Shown here piece after piece: positions 1 through 13,262 of a stretch of DNA of 64,000 nucleotides. Source of the stretch: Spirochaetia bacterium (GTDB lineage Bacteria; Spirochaetota; Spirochaetia; CADAEX01); assembly GCA_963662795.1 (NCBI GenBank), contig OY759746.1, positions 3,040,001 through 3,104,000 on the forward strand. Reading direction: 5' to 3'. Below the pieces are notes generated by a model. That model was given only the letters and a program-made list of their open reading frames with translations. It searched no databases and was not told where the DNA came from. Each line of letters starts with the position of its first letter. Within the stretch, counting starts at the first letter, position 1. The translations under genes and the position numbers were made by a program.

Positions 1-837
1 AGGCGTGAATCCGCAAAACTGTATTATAATCTCGGTAATGCTTATCTGGAACTCGGCGACACTGCAAAAGCTTCGGAGGCATATCTTAAAGCGCTTGAGT
101 ATAATAAAAATATGAAAATTGCATCGTTCAATCTTGCAAAAGCTTATATGGAAGTTGAAAAATACAGCGAAGCAATAAGAATTCTTGACGGGATGCTTAA
201 AGAGGAACCTGAGAATACAATATTGCTTTCTGCAAAAGCATATTGTGTCTACCGGTTCGGCAATTATGAAAAAGCATCAGAGTTATATGATGATGTATTA
301 AAAATTGACCCCGGAAATATGGAAGCGCTTTACAACAGCGCTGTAATCAGGATAGACAGAGAAAACTACAGTGCTGCACTGGACAAACTCACTCTCCTGA
401 AAGCAAAGAAAATTGAAGATGATTCAATGCTTGCAAAGATAAATTCCGCGTTCGGGGAAACATATTATAAGACTGAACAATATTCTGAAGCAATAAAGTA
501 TCTTGATCTTATCCGGCAGAAAGAACCTGATAATATCAATAATTTAACAATGCTTTTCAATTCTTATCTCAAGACCCGGTATTTCGCATCTGTAGTTGAA
601 ACCGGCGTTTTGCTTCTGGAAAAACAGCCTGAAAACAAAGAAATCTTATTTGATATGGCCGCTGTTTACCTGAATGAGATTGAAGATACGGAAAAGGGCA
701 TAACCTATCTTGAAAAAGCGGTTTCAGCTGGTTTTGATGACAAAATAAGGGCAAAAGAACTTGCCTCAGCTCCGGATATAGCGGGTAAAGAGAGAATTTA
801 TAAAATACTTCAAAATGCAAAGCTTTTAGACGATTAA
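1..837 (+). CDS. TPR-repeat protein, 5'-truncated by window edge
   Basis: Frame is open from base 1 (RRESAKLYYNLGNAYLELGD...); repeated TPR helix pairs (YNLG/AKAY, ALYNSA, AFGETYY). Confidence 0.85.
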   Translation, partial: RRESAKLYYNLGNAYLELGDTAKASEAYLKALEYNKNMKIASFNLAKAYMEVEKYSEAIRILDGMLKEEPENTILLSAKAYCVYRFGNYEKASELYDDVLKIDPGNMEALYNSAVIRIDRENYSAALDKLTLLKAKKIEDDSMLAKINSAFGETYYKTEQYSEAIKYLDLIRQKEPDNINNLTMLFNSYLKTRYFASVVETGVLLLEKQPENKEILFDMAAVYLNEIEDTEKGITYLEKAVSAGFDDKIRAKELASAPDIAGKERIYKILQNAKLLDD

Positions 838-886
838 TAAAGTAAATACAGCACTACTGTCTGTATATCAAGTTCAGGAGTTTTTG

Positions 887-1357
887 ATGAATAAAAAGAT
901 GATTCTGATATTGGTTTTACTGTTTTTAATATCTGCTTTTTCAGTTTTCGCGGAATCATTTGGAGAGACAAGGCTAGGGTTTGGTTTCGGGATGCCGAAT
1001 ACTGTTCTCATGTTTCAGACCGGACCTTATGATATAAAGGTCGGTTATGATTTTACAGAGGGAAGCGAATATTTCTTTCTGAATGGTTCCTATATGGTTA
1101 TTAATTCCAGGCCGATAAATGAGATCTTCAGCGGTACTCTCGGGATAGGACTTTTCGGAAAAGTCTCATTTGCCGATGAAAATGAAAATGACTTTATCGG
1201 GGGGCTTAATATTCCCATGACAGGTGAGGCGGCGCTGCTTGACGGATTCCTTGAACTGTTTGCCACTGTCGCACCTGCTGTGGAACTGTTCCCGAAACCG
1301 GTATTTACAACACGGGCTATCAGCTGGTGGATTGGTTTTTCAATCATGCTTGATTGA
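887..1357 (+). CDS. Small spirochaete outer-membrane beta-barrel-like protein (DUF3996/BB0405-like)
   Basis: Signal peptide ending in VFA; Gly/aromatic alternating strands (LGFGFG, LGIGLFG, LELFATVAPAV, WWIGFSI); SD CAGGAG. Confidence 0.55.
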   Translation: MNKKMILILVLLFLISAFSVFAESFGETRLGFGFGMPNTVLMFQTGPYDIKVGYDFTEGSEYFFLNGSYMVINSRPINEIFSGTLGIGLFGKVSFADENENDFIGGLNIPMTGEAALLDGFLELFATVAPAVELFPKPVFTTRAISWWIGFSIMLD

Positions 1358-1369
1358 TCCTCTGTGCCG

Positions 1370-2185
1370 CTATGTGTAAATAAAGTATTTTACAATACTG
1401 TTTACCGTGTCGGTTATATTGCTGAAATCAAATTTTACGCACTTTTCAGGGAATGAGGAAAATAAATAATTTTCACAATCCCTGAAGTTTTTTAATTTCT
1501 GCTGTATTGATGTTTCACCCTCTGTCGTCCTGAAAAATTCATTCCCGCAGATAAGACATCCGCTTTTTCCCTCGTAATCCGGTTCTGAAAAACTGTTGAT
1601 ATTGCCGCATTCTGTGCATATCTGGAATTTCATGTGGTCTGGCTCTGATCCGGCTTTCGGATTATTGATGATTATGCATCTGTCAAACTGGAATTTCCCC
1701 AGCATCTCCTCAATAAAGTCAATATTATTGCTGTTGCTCAGGAACATAAAATGATTTGAAAGATTCTCCGCTTTGATTTTCGCATCAATTCTTTCCATAA
1801 GCTTTTCAGGGGAGAGTGCGTTTTCAATTCTAAGCTGTTCACTCATAAAAACAGGCAGCTTCAGTACAAGAGAAAGCCGCTGTGATATCAGTTCAGTTTT
1901 AATAAATGGATTTCCTGTAATAAAGAGGTTTAGTTTTGTTTGACGTATAAATGGAAAACCTTTTTTATTGAGATCAAATATTATTTTACACTTCAATGAC
2001 CCAATGTGCATTTCTTCTATATTGTAAAATTTGCCGCATATCCCGCATTTTCCTGTCTTTTCGGTACAATCCGTACAGCAGTACAGTGTCTTTCCTTTTA
2101 AATCTGTTTCAATGTATTTACCGCAATTTACACAGTTGCTGTAAGAGATTTTTTCAGTTATTTCTGCCGTAACACTATCTGCCAT
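1370..2185 (-). CDS. Zn-finger protein fused to a degenerate adenylate-kinase-like domain
   Basis: N-terminal CxxC..CCxxC and CxxC..H..C; C-terminal part follows the Adk layout including the lid CTECG...CLICG; no intact P-loop. Confidence 0.6.
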   Translation of the reverse strand: MADSVTAEITEKISYSNCVNCGKYIETDLKGKTLYCCTDCTEKTGKCGICGKFYNIEEMHIGSLKCKIIFDLNKKGFPFIRQTKLNLFITGNPFIKTELISQRLSLVLKLPVFMSEQLRIENALSPEKLMERIDAKIKAENLSNHFMFLSNSNNIDFIEEMLGKFQFDRCIIINNPKAGSEPDHMKFQICTECGNINSFSEPDYEGKSGCLICGNEFFRTTEGETSIQQKLKNFRDCENYLFSSFPEKCVKFDFSNITDTVNSIVKYFIYT

Positions 2186-2227
2186 GTACTAATAATATAT
2201 CTTTTTTTAAAAAAATTCTAATACGGG

Positions 2228-2256
2228 TTGACTAAAAAAAGGAAAATATATATCTT
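2228..2256 (+). promoter_or_regulatory. rrn promoter P1 (sigma70-type)
   Basis: TTGACT-N17-TATCTT with AT-rich upstream region. Confidence 0.6.
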
Positions 2257-2320
2257 TCATTTCGCAGTCAATAAGTGATTCTTGATATTTGAAAATCAGC
2301 AAAGTAAAGAGCCAAATCTA

Positions 2321-2349
2321 TTGACATTTTGCAGTATTAAAACTATTCT
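2321..2349 (+). promoter_or_regulatory. rrn promoter P2 (sigma70-type)
   Basis: TTGACA-N17-TATTCT. Confidence 0.7.
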
Positions 2350-2455
2350 TTATATCGCTCAATAAACAATTTATATGTTTGTGAGTCTGTAGAAATATTT
2401 GTTTTAATAATCTGCATAAAATAATTACTCGAAACTATATTTGATTCGGGTATAA

Positions 2456-2467
2456 TGTTCTTTAAAA
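2456..2467 (+). promoter_or_regulatory. rrn leader boxA antitermination site
   Basis: TGTTCTTTAAAA, preceded by a hairpin and followed by the 16S processing arm GGGACCTGAAGC that pairs with GCTTCAGGTCTCC near 4242. Confidence 0.65.
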
Positions 2468-2589
2468 GAAGAAGAGAAGGGACCTGAAGCGGGTCAAGAA
2501 GTAATTTTTGACAGTTTCATTTTTTTGTAAGAGTGAAGCTGGGAGAGAAACGAAATTAGAAACTATCAAGCTTAGGCTTGATGGAATAA

Positions 2590-4139
<1,550 letters not shown>

Positions 4140-4341
4140 AGAAAGGTATAAAGCTCTGCTTTTTTAAGCAGGGTAAAATAAAGTCCTTATTAAATTGAAT
4201 GTGAGCAATCACAGGAAATTAAGGTAAGGCGGCCCATATAAGCTTCAGGTCTCCCTCTTTTTTTAATATATGTATGCTGGGTATAAAATACTTGGCATAC
4301 GATGGGGTTTACCCTCTGTCACAGGGGATTGTCCCCGACTA

Positions 4342-4415
4342 GGGGGCATAGCTCAGTTGGCTAGAGCATCGGCTTTGCAAGCCGAGGGTCCAGGGTTCGA
4401 GTCCCTGTGCCTCCA
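4342..4415 (+). tRNA. tRNA-Ala(TGC), CCA not encoded
   Basis: GGGGGCA/TGCCTCC acceptor stem with G3:U70, TGC anticodon, GGTTCGAGTCC T-arm. Confidence 0.97.
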
Positions 4416-4493
4416 GAGAAAATCAGGCAGGATTTAACCATCCGTGGAAATCCCGGTAAACGGGCTAAAGCAGAAATACGCCATCAATGGCTT

Positions 4494-4505
4494 CGGTCTT
4501 TAAAA
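4494..4505 (+). promoter_or_regulatory. spacer boxA
   Basis: CGGTCTTTAAAA upstream of the 23S processing stem. Confidence 0.5.
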
Positions 4506-4568
4506 AGAAGATTCCTGTATGAAAGAAAAGTAGTACGGAGAATATAGAGAAGGGTTAAAAAGTAATAT

Positions 4569-7564
<2,996 letters not shown>

Positions 7565-7656
7565 ATATTATTATTTAACCCTTCTTTTAATATATATTTT
7601 GCTGGAGTTATCAGGTTTTCACCTGATAACTGTGGTGAAATAAAAAATTAAATTAA

Positions 7657-7768
<112 letters not shown>

Positions 7769-7834
7769 TTTTTTTATTTATTTACACTGCTGATTTGAAT
7801 GACTGTGCTGAATATTTTACTTGAAAAGAAATGT

Positions 7835-7875
7835 AAACCTGGCTATCCCGTTACGGGCATTCCAGGTTTTTTTTT
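7835..7875 (+). terminator. Intrinsic terminator after rrn
   Basis: AAACCTGG...CCAGGTTT stem followed by a T-run. Confidence 0.7.
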
Positions 7876-7982
7876 CATGGAGGAAAAAACCCACGTAAAC
7901 GGGGACAGCAGAGGAGGCATGGAAGCCGATAGGCTGCGAGTTCATGGTGTTCCCGTTTGCGGGATGAAAATACACAGCAATT

Positions 7983-8014
7983 AAGTCCCCCGTCATCCCG
8001 ATGGGGGCTTTTTT
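7983..8014 (+). terminator. Second intrinsic terminator
   Basis: CCCCCGTC-ATCCC-GATGGGGG stem followed by CTTTTTT. Confidence 0.7.
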
Positions 8015-8103
8015 ATTTGGCTTTATCGGATATTATATTTCAGAAATATTAAAGCGACTCAAGACGGAGTCTGGAATAACTGTTATTTATATCAGGAGGA
8101 TTC

Positions 8104-8736
8104 ATGAAAGTTTTATTGGTTAACGGCAGCCCGCATGCTGAAGGATGCACATATACCGCGTTGAATGAAGCAGCTTCTTCTCTTGGTAAGGAAGGAATAG
8201 AAACCGAGATCTTTCAGGTTGGTAAAAAACCTATTATCGGGTGTATTGCCTGTCTTAAATGTACCGAACTCGGACGCTGTGTTTTTGTCGACAGAGTTAA
8301 TGAGTTTATAAAAATAGCAGGAGACTTTGAGGGATTTATTTTTGGCACTCCTGTCCATTATGCAGCGGCGTGCGGTGCTATAACATCTTTTATGGACAGG
8401 GCGTTCTATGCGATATCAAGATCGGGAAAGGATCATTTTTATCTGAAACCTGCTGCAGCGGTTATATCGGCAAGAAGGGCTGGAACAACGGCAACCTTTG
8501 ATCAGATTAATAAGTATTTCACTATATCACAGATGCCTGTAATCTCTTCGCGCTATTGGAACATGGTACATGGAACCACTCCGGATGAAGTAAGGCAGGA
8601 TCTTGAAGGCTTGCAGACTATGAGAATTCTTGGACGAAATATGGCGTTTTTTCTTAAGTGCAGAGAAGCAGGGCTGAAATCCGGTGTTAATTTTCCGGAA
8701 AAAGAAGAGATTGCACGCACGAATTTTATTCACTGA
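8104..8736 (+). CDS. Flavodoxin-family / iron-sulfur flavoprotein (NADPH-dependent FMN reductase fold)
   Basis: NGSPH..GCT; CIACLKC....C 4Fe-4S motif; GTPVHY; SD CAGGAGG. Confidence 0.9.
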   Translation: MKVLLVNGSPHAEGCTYTALNEAASSLGKEGIETEIFQVGKKPIIGCIACLKCTELGRCVFVDRVNEFIKIAGDFEGFIFGTPVHYAAACGAITSFMDRAFYAISRSGKDHFYLKPAAAVISARRAGTTATFDQINKYFTISQMPVISSRYWNMVHGTTPDEVRQDLEGLQTMRILGRNMAFFLKCREAGLKSGVNFPEKEEIARTNFIH

Positions 8737-8917
8737 TTTTTATACAGCCGCGCCATTTAATGACAGCAGGCTCTTGAAGGCGGAAGGCCGTAGATACTGT
8801 TGTATTCAAGGCTGAATGGTGAGAAGCTTTTATATCACACACCGAATACGGCCTAAGTGATGCCGTTATCGTTAGACAACATAGAACGGCAGACTTCCTG
8901 CCGCCGTAAAACTTTAC

Positions 8918-9257
8918 GGAATCAGCGTTAAAAATAACCTTTATCGTATTCGCTTCTATGGGCATGCTAAGCGGACTATCGGGAATACTGTTCGCCTCAT
9001 GCCTTCAGTCTGCAACCCCTACTGCCGGAACCCTTTTTAAGCTTGATCCGATCACGGTGGTATATATCTGCGGTATGCAGGATGGAGGGGGTATCGGTAA
9101 AGTAACAGGCTCTCTTATAGGGGCTCTTGTATATATCTCCCCGATGAACGCAATGAATCTTATGGGTACAGATATATCCCTTCAGTATGTAATCAGGGGT
9201 GCAGTACTGGCTGCCACTGCTATATTTGTTGTTGAAACAGGAAAAAGCACAAGGTAG
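8918..9257 (+). pseudogene. 3' remnant of a monosaccharide ABC permease (GguB/MmsB/XylH family)
   Basis: GISVK/frameshift/ITFIVFASMGMLSGLSG..LQSATPTAG..GGIGKVTGSLIGAL; ELDAIA motif decayed to KLDPIT; N-terminal two-thirds missing. Confidence 0.75.
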
Positions 9258-9380
9258 AAAAAATACTCTAACTTAATTGCATTATCAGTACCTGCTATAA
9301 AACATCTATCATCCCTTTATTCATTGTCAGCTGGAAGAGAAGTCCTGGCTAAAGATCATTTTTATTGCCTGTGAAATCAT

Positions 9381-9998
9381 TTATCTTGAAAAGTACTCCA
9401 CAACCAGATGCATTTTTGCAACTGTATTCTGTTCATTTATATCAGGCGTTCCCTGAATAAAAAGACTTAGTTCTTCCGGGTCTGTTTTTATCCATAACGG
9501 GTTCTGTGCTGTTTTTGAAGCAATATTCGCACGGATAAGTTTTGATGCTTTTTTACCGCTTCCAAGAGTAATTCTGTCGTTAATTGAAACCCTGTAGGAT
9601 GGAATATCTACTGATTTACCGTTTACGCTGAAATTCCCGTGTGTCACCATCTGTCTTGCCTGTCCCCGGGTCCGTGCAAATCCTGAAATATAGATTATAT
9701 TGTCAAGTCTCTGTTCAAGGAGCTTTACCATGGTGTCGCCTGTCTTTCCCTTTGATGATGCCGCTTTTTTAAACAGGTTCCTCATTTGAGGTTCGGACAA
9801 GCCGTATGTGAATTTGAGTTTCTGTTTTTCAAGCAGCTGCAGGCTGTAATCACTTTTTTTCCCCCTCTGAACAGCTTTGGGATTTTTCCCGGGTGCATTC
9901 GGTTTTCTCTTTAACAGTCTGTCATATTTCTCATTACCAAAAATATTTATTCCCAGTCTTCTTACTATTTTACCTCTGGGTTTATCGTACCCTGTCAT
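9381..9998 (-). CDS. rpsD: 30S ribosomal protein S4, stand-alone, Cys-free (C-minus) type
   Basis: KIVRRLG, QLLEKQKLKFTYGL, LEQRLDN, ARQMVTHG, VDIPSY, VVEYFSR; no cysteines. Confidence 0.95.
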   Translation of the reverse strand: MTGYDKPRGKIVRRLGINIFGNEKYDRLLKRKPNAPGKNPKAVQRGKKSDYSLQLLEKQKLKFTYGLSEPQMRNLFKKAASSKGKTGDTMVKLLEQRLDNIIYISGFARTRGQARQMVTHGNFSVNGKSVDIPSYRVSINDRITLGSGKKASKLIRANIASKTAQNPLWIKTDPEELSLFIQGTPDINEQNTVAKMHLVVEYFSR

Positions 9999-10008
9999 TA
10001 TTTGCCTC

Positions 10009-10032
10009 TATAATTAGATATGTCTAAATATA
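10009..10032. promoter_or_regulatory. Palindromic operator over the rpsD -10/TSS (DtxR/MntR-like TTAG-N6-CTAA core)
   Basis: TATAATTAGATATGTCTAAATATA, 10 of 12 symmetric pairs match. Confidence 0.6.
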
Positions 10033-10058
10033 ATAGACAAAACAAATAAAAACGTCAA
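10030..10058 (-). promoter_or_regulatory. rpsD sigma70 promoter
   Basis: Minus strand TTGACG-N17-TATTAT. Confidence 0.7.
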
Positions 10059-10203
10059 GAATTACCTTAATTATTAAGCTCAAATAATATCAAAAATGCA
10101 TTTTGATTTAATAAATCCTTTATATCAGGTAAAATACTGGAAAAAAAATCTTAAAAATAAAAAAAAATATTATCAATAATCAGCATATGCTATAATTTTT
10201 CAT

Positions 10204-13197
10204 ATGTATACAATCTATAATTCAAAAAACAAAATCCATTTTCAGATATCAATCGTTTTAGGGGTCCTTATCATTGTAGGATTACTGACATTTTCAATTG
10301 TAACCATGACATTGTCAGTAGCACGCGTGGCTGCCAGGGAATCAGCAGATACCAACTTCAGGGCAATCAGTCTTGCTGCCCGGGAGAGGACCGGTCTTCT
10401 TTTGAGGCCGGCAATGGATATGGCATATACCGCTGCATATATGCCTGGAGTAAAATCTGTAATACTTGATGACGGGTTAATGCATCCTTCACGTCTTTTA
10501 TTTACCCGAATGCTGCAGACTAAACCGGCTTTTTATTCAATCTACATAGGAAAGGAAGATGGTACTTTTTTTCAGGTAATAAAAGCCGAAAAAAGTACTC
10601 TGGTTAATAAAGCCCATGAAGCGCCGGAAAATACCGACTTTATAATCAGGACAATCTCTGCTCAGGGAAAAAACAGAATACAGATTTTTACCTTTCTTGA
10701 CCAGAATGGGAATGTTATCGGCAGCCGCAGGGAAACTCATTTCAGTTACGATCCCAGACAGCGTCTGTGGTATAAGGACGCAACAGAATATAAAGACGTA
10801 ATCCTGTCTGATCCCTATATTTTTAATTCTCTTAAGCAGCCAGGAATTACTGCAGCATGCGCAATTTCCGGCGGGGGAGGGGTTGTCGGGGTTGATCTGA
10901 CAATATTCAGCCTGTCTTCATTTGTTACATCACAGAAAATATCGAAAAACGGCGGTATTGCGTTATTGACTGAAAAACTTGATATTATTGCGTCTTCACC
11001 GGGAAGTAAGGCAATGCTTGATGATATTTTCAAGAGGAAGGGGAAAACCGCGGACAGTCTTTCCGGATCAGATACTGATATTGATGAAAAGATGCTGATA
11101 CATACTGAAGAATGGAAATTTGCGGTAAACAATGCCATGTATTTTTTTTCATCTGCGCCGTTAAGCGATTTTATGTCTGGTGCTGTTGAGATGAGAAGAA
11201 AGATATTGTTTATTTCCGTTATTATTCTGTTAATTACTATTCCTTTTGTGGTTTTGTGGGCAAGGCGTCTTGCCAAAGCCCTCAAAGAACTTGCCGAAGA
11301 TGCTGAAAAAATAGGGCAATTCAATTTTGATGGAAAACTTTCAATCAATACCTCTATTTATGAATTTAACCTGCTGGCCAGGGGATTTGATGTAATGAAA
11401 GTTACGATCTCCCAGCGAACAGAAGAGTTAAAGCAGACCCTGATAAAACTGCAAATGCTTGTTGATATGAGTATCGCTATGTCGGCAGAGTTTGATATTA
11501 ACAGGCTTTCAGAAATGATACTGCTAGGGGCAAAAAAACTTACAAATGCGGATGGTGGAAGTCTTTATCTGGTTGATCAGGACAGAACACTGCTGGAATT
11601 TAAAATAGTACTGAATGATACGCTCAATTTCAGACAGGGAGGAGCCGGCGGAGTCCCTGTTGTAATGAAACCTGTTCCTCTTTACGATACTGACGGGGTT
11701 GAAAACCATCATAATGTTGTAACTCACGCATTTCACACAGGGAAAACAGTAAATATTCCCGATGCCTATGAAATCGGCAAATACGATTTTTCAGGTACCC
11801 GGGCGTTTGACAAGGAAAATAATTACCGCTCAATTTCTTTTTTGACTGTACCGTTAAAACCCAGGGGCGGCGGTAAAGCACTGGGAGCGCTTCAGTTAAT
11901 CAATGCCAGGAGTAATGAAACAGGGGAAATAATACCTTTTCCTGAAAGTATTCAGGACTTTGTAGAAGCTCTCAGCTCTGCGGCGGCGGTGGCGGTCCAA
12001 AACTGGGGATTGATGGAAAGGCAGAAGCGGCTGTTTGATGACCTGGTCAGGTTTGTCGCAATCGCTATAGATGCCAAAAGCCCTTATACTGCCAGACATT
12101 GTGAACGGGTTCCTGAGATTGTCAGAATTCTGACACGGGAAGCCGAGAAAGTTCAGGAAGGCCCTCTTGCTTCGTTCCGTTTTGAGAATACTGACCAGCA
12201 GCGGGAATTTGAAGTTGCTGCATGGCTTCATGACTGCGGAAAAATGACAACACCTGAATATGTAATTGACAAGGCTACTAAACTGGAGACAATCTATAAT
12301 CGAATTCATGAGATACGTACCCGTTTTGAGGTACTGCTCAGGGATGCACGCATAAGAAGACTCGAGGCTGTCCTAGAGGGTAAGGATCAGAAAAGGGCCG
12401 ACCTGGAACTGGCTGAACAGGAGATGAAGCTGCATAACGATTTTGCTTTTGTAGCTGAATGCAATATCGGACGTGAATTCATGGATGATAAAACAATTGA
12501 GAGGTTAAAAGAAATTGCTTCCACAACATGGTACAGACATTTTAATGACCGGATCGGCCTTTCGTGGGGAGAAAAAAACAGACTTGAAGCTCTTGGCGAA
12601 AGTCTTGAATACGGAGGTATACCTGTCAGGGAATATTTAATAAATGACCGGCCGGAACATATTATCCCCAGGGAGAGCTGGACCCGTGAGTATTACGGGA
12701 ATTACGGTTTTAATTTCAAGATTCCTGAGCATCTCTACAACAGAGGCGAACTTTACAATCTTGCTGTCCGTAAAGGGACATTGACTGTTGAGGAGCGGTT
12801 CAAGATTGATGAGCATGTGGCACAGACAATCGTTATGCTGGAACAGCTTCCGTTCCCTGAAGAATTGAAAAAGGTTCCCTGGTATGCGGGCATACATCAT
12901 GAACTGCCGGATGGTTCAGGATATCCCCGCCATCTGAAGGAAGACAGGCTATCCATTCCTGACAGGATTATGGCTCTTTCTGATATTTTTGAAGCCCTTA
13001 CTTCATCGGACAGGCCGTATAAAAAAGCCCACACACTCTCTGAATCCATAGAAATTCTATATAATATGAAAAATCAGCACCGTGTAGATCCGGACCTTTT
13101 TAATCTTCTGTTGTATTCGGGAGCTTATAAAGAATATGCTGAAAAATTTCTTCAGCCGTCACAGATAGATTCAGTTGATGTTTCAAAATACCTTTGA
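10204..13197 (+). CDS. Membrane sensor HD-GYP phosphodiesterase (TM-Cache-TM-HAMP-GAF-HD-GYP)
   Basis: YDPRQRLWY and DPYIF Cache motifs; HAMP; ADGGSLYL GAF; WLHDCGK, HHELPDGSGYP, DIFEALTSSDRPYKK. Confidence 0.92.
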   Translation: MYTIYNSKNKIHFQISIVLGVLIIVGLLTFSIVTMTLSVARVAARESADTNFRAISLAARERTGLLLRPAMDMAYTAAYMPGVKSVILDDGLMHPSRLLFTRMLQTKPAFYSIYIGKEDGTFFQVIKAEKSTLVNKAHEAPENTDFIIRTISAQGKNRIQIFTFLDQNGNVIGSRRETHFSYDPRQRLWYKDATEYKDVILSDPYIFNSLKQPGITAACAISGGGGVVGVDLTIFSLSSFVTSQKISKNGGIALLTEKLDIIASSPGSKAMLDDIFKRKGKTADSLSGSDTDIDEKMLIHTEEWKFAVNNAMYFFSSAPLSDFMSGAVEMRRKILFISVIILLITIPFVVLWARRLAKALKELAEDAEKIGQFNFDGKLSINTSIYEFNLLARGFDVMKVTISQRTEELKQTLIKLQMLVDMSIAMSAEFDINRLSEMILLGAKKLTNADGGSLYLVDQDRTLLEFKIVLNDTLNFRQGGAGGVPVVMKPVPLYDTDGVENHHNVVTHAFHTGKTVNIPDAYEIGKYDFSGTRAFDKENNYRSISFLTVPLKPRGGGKALGALQLINARSNETGEIIPFPESIQDFVEALSSAAAVAVQNWGLMERQKRLFDDLVRFVAIAIDAKSPYTARHCERVPEIVRILTREAEKVQEGPLASFRFENTDQQREFEVAAWLHDCGKMTTPEYVIDKATKLETIYNRIHEIRTRFEVLLRDARIRRLEAVLEGKDQKRADLELAEQEMKLHNDFAFVAECNIGREFMDDKTIERLKEIASTTWYRHFNDRIGLSWGEKNRLEALGESLEYGGIPVREYLINDRPEHIIPRESWTREYYGNYGFNFKIPEHLYNRGELYNLAVRKGTLTVEERFKIDEHVAQTIVMLEQLPFPEELKKVPWYAGIHHELPDGSGYPRHLKEDRLSIPDRIMALSDIFEALTSSDRPYKKAHTLSESIEILYNMKNQHRVDPDLFNLLLYSGAYKEYAEKFLQPSQIDSVDVSKYL

Positions 13198-13262
13198 AAA
13201 AATGGATTTAGATCTGTTTAACACTCTCCGGGGTGGGAGATAATTTTATTGTACTGAAATTT

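Noticed and set aside
7946-7972. GTGTTCCCG..CGGGATGAA resembles a type I-E CRISPR repeat
   Set aside because: No direct-repeat/spacer array and no cas genes.
7799-7984. 61-aa ORF after 5S
   Set aside because: Runs through a terminator and hairpins; no SD and no recognisable motif.
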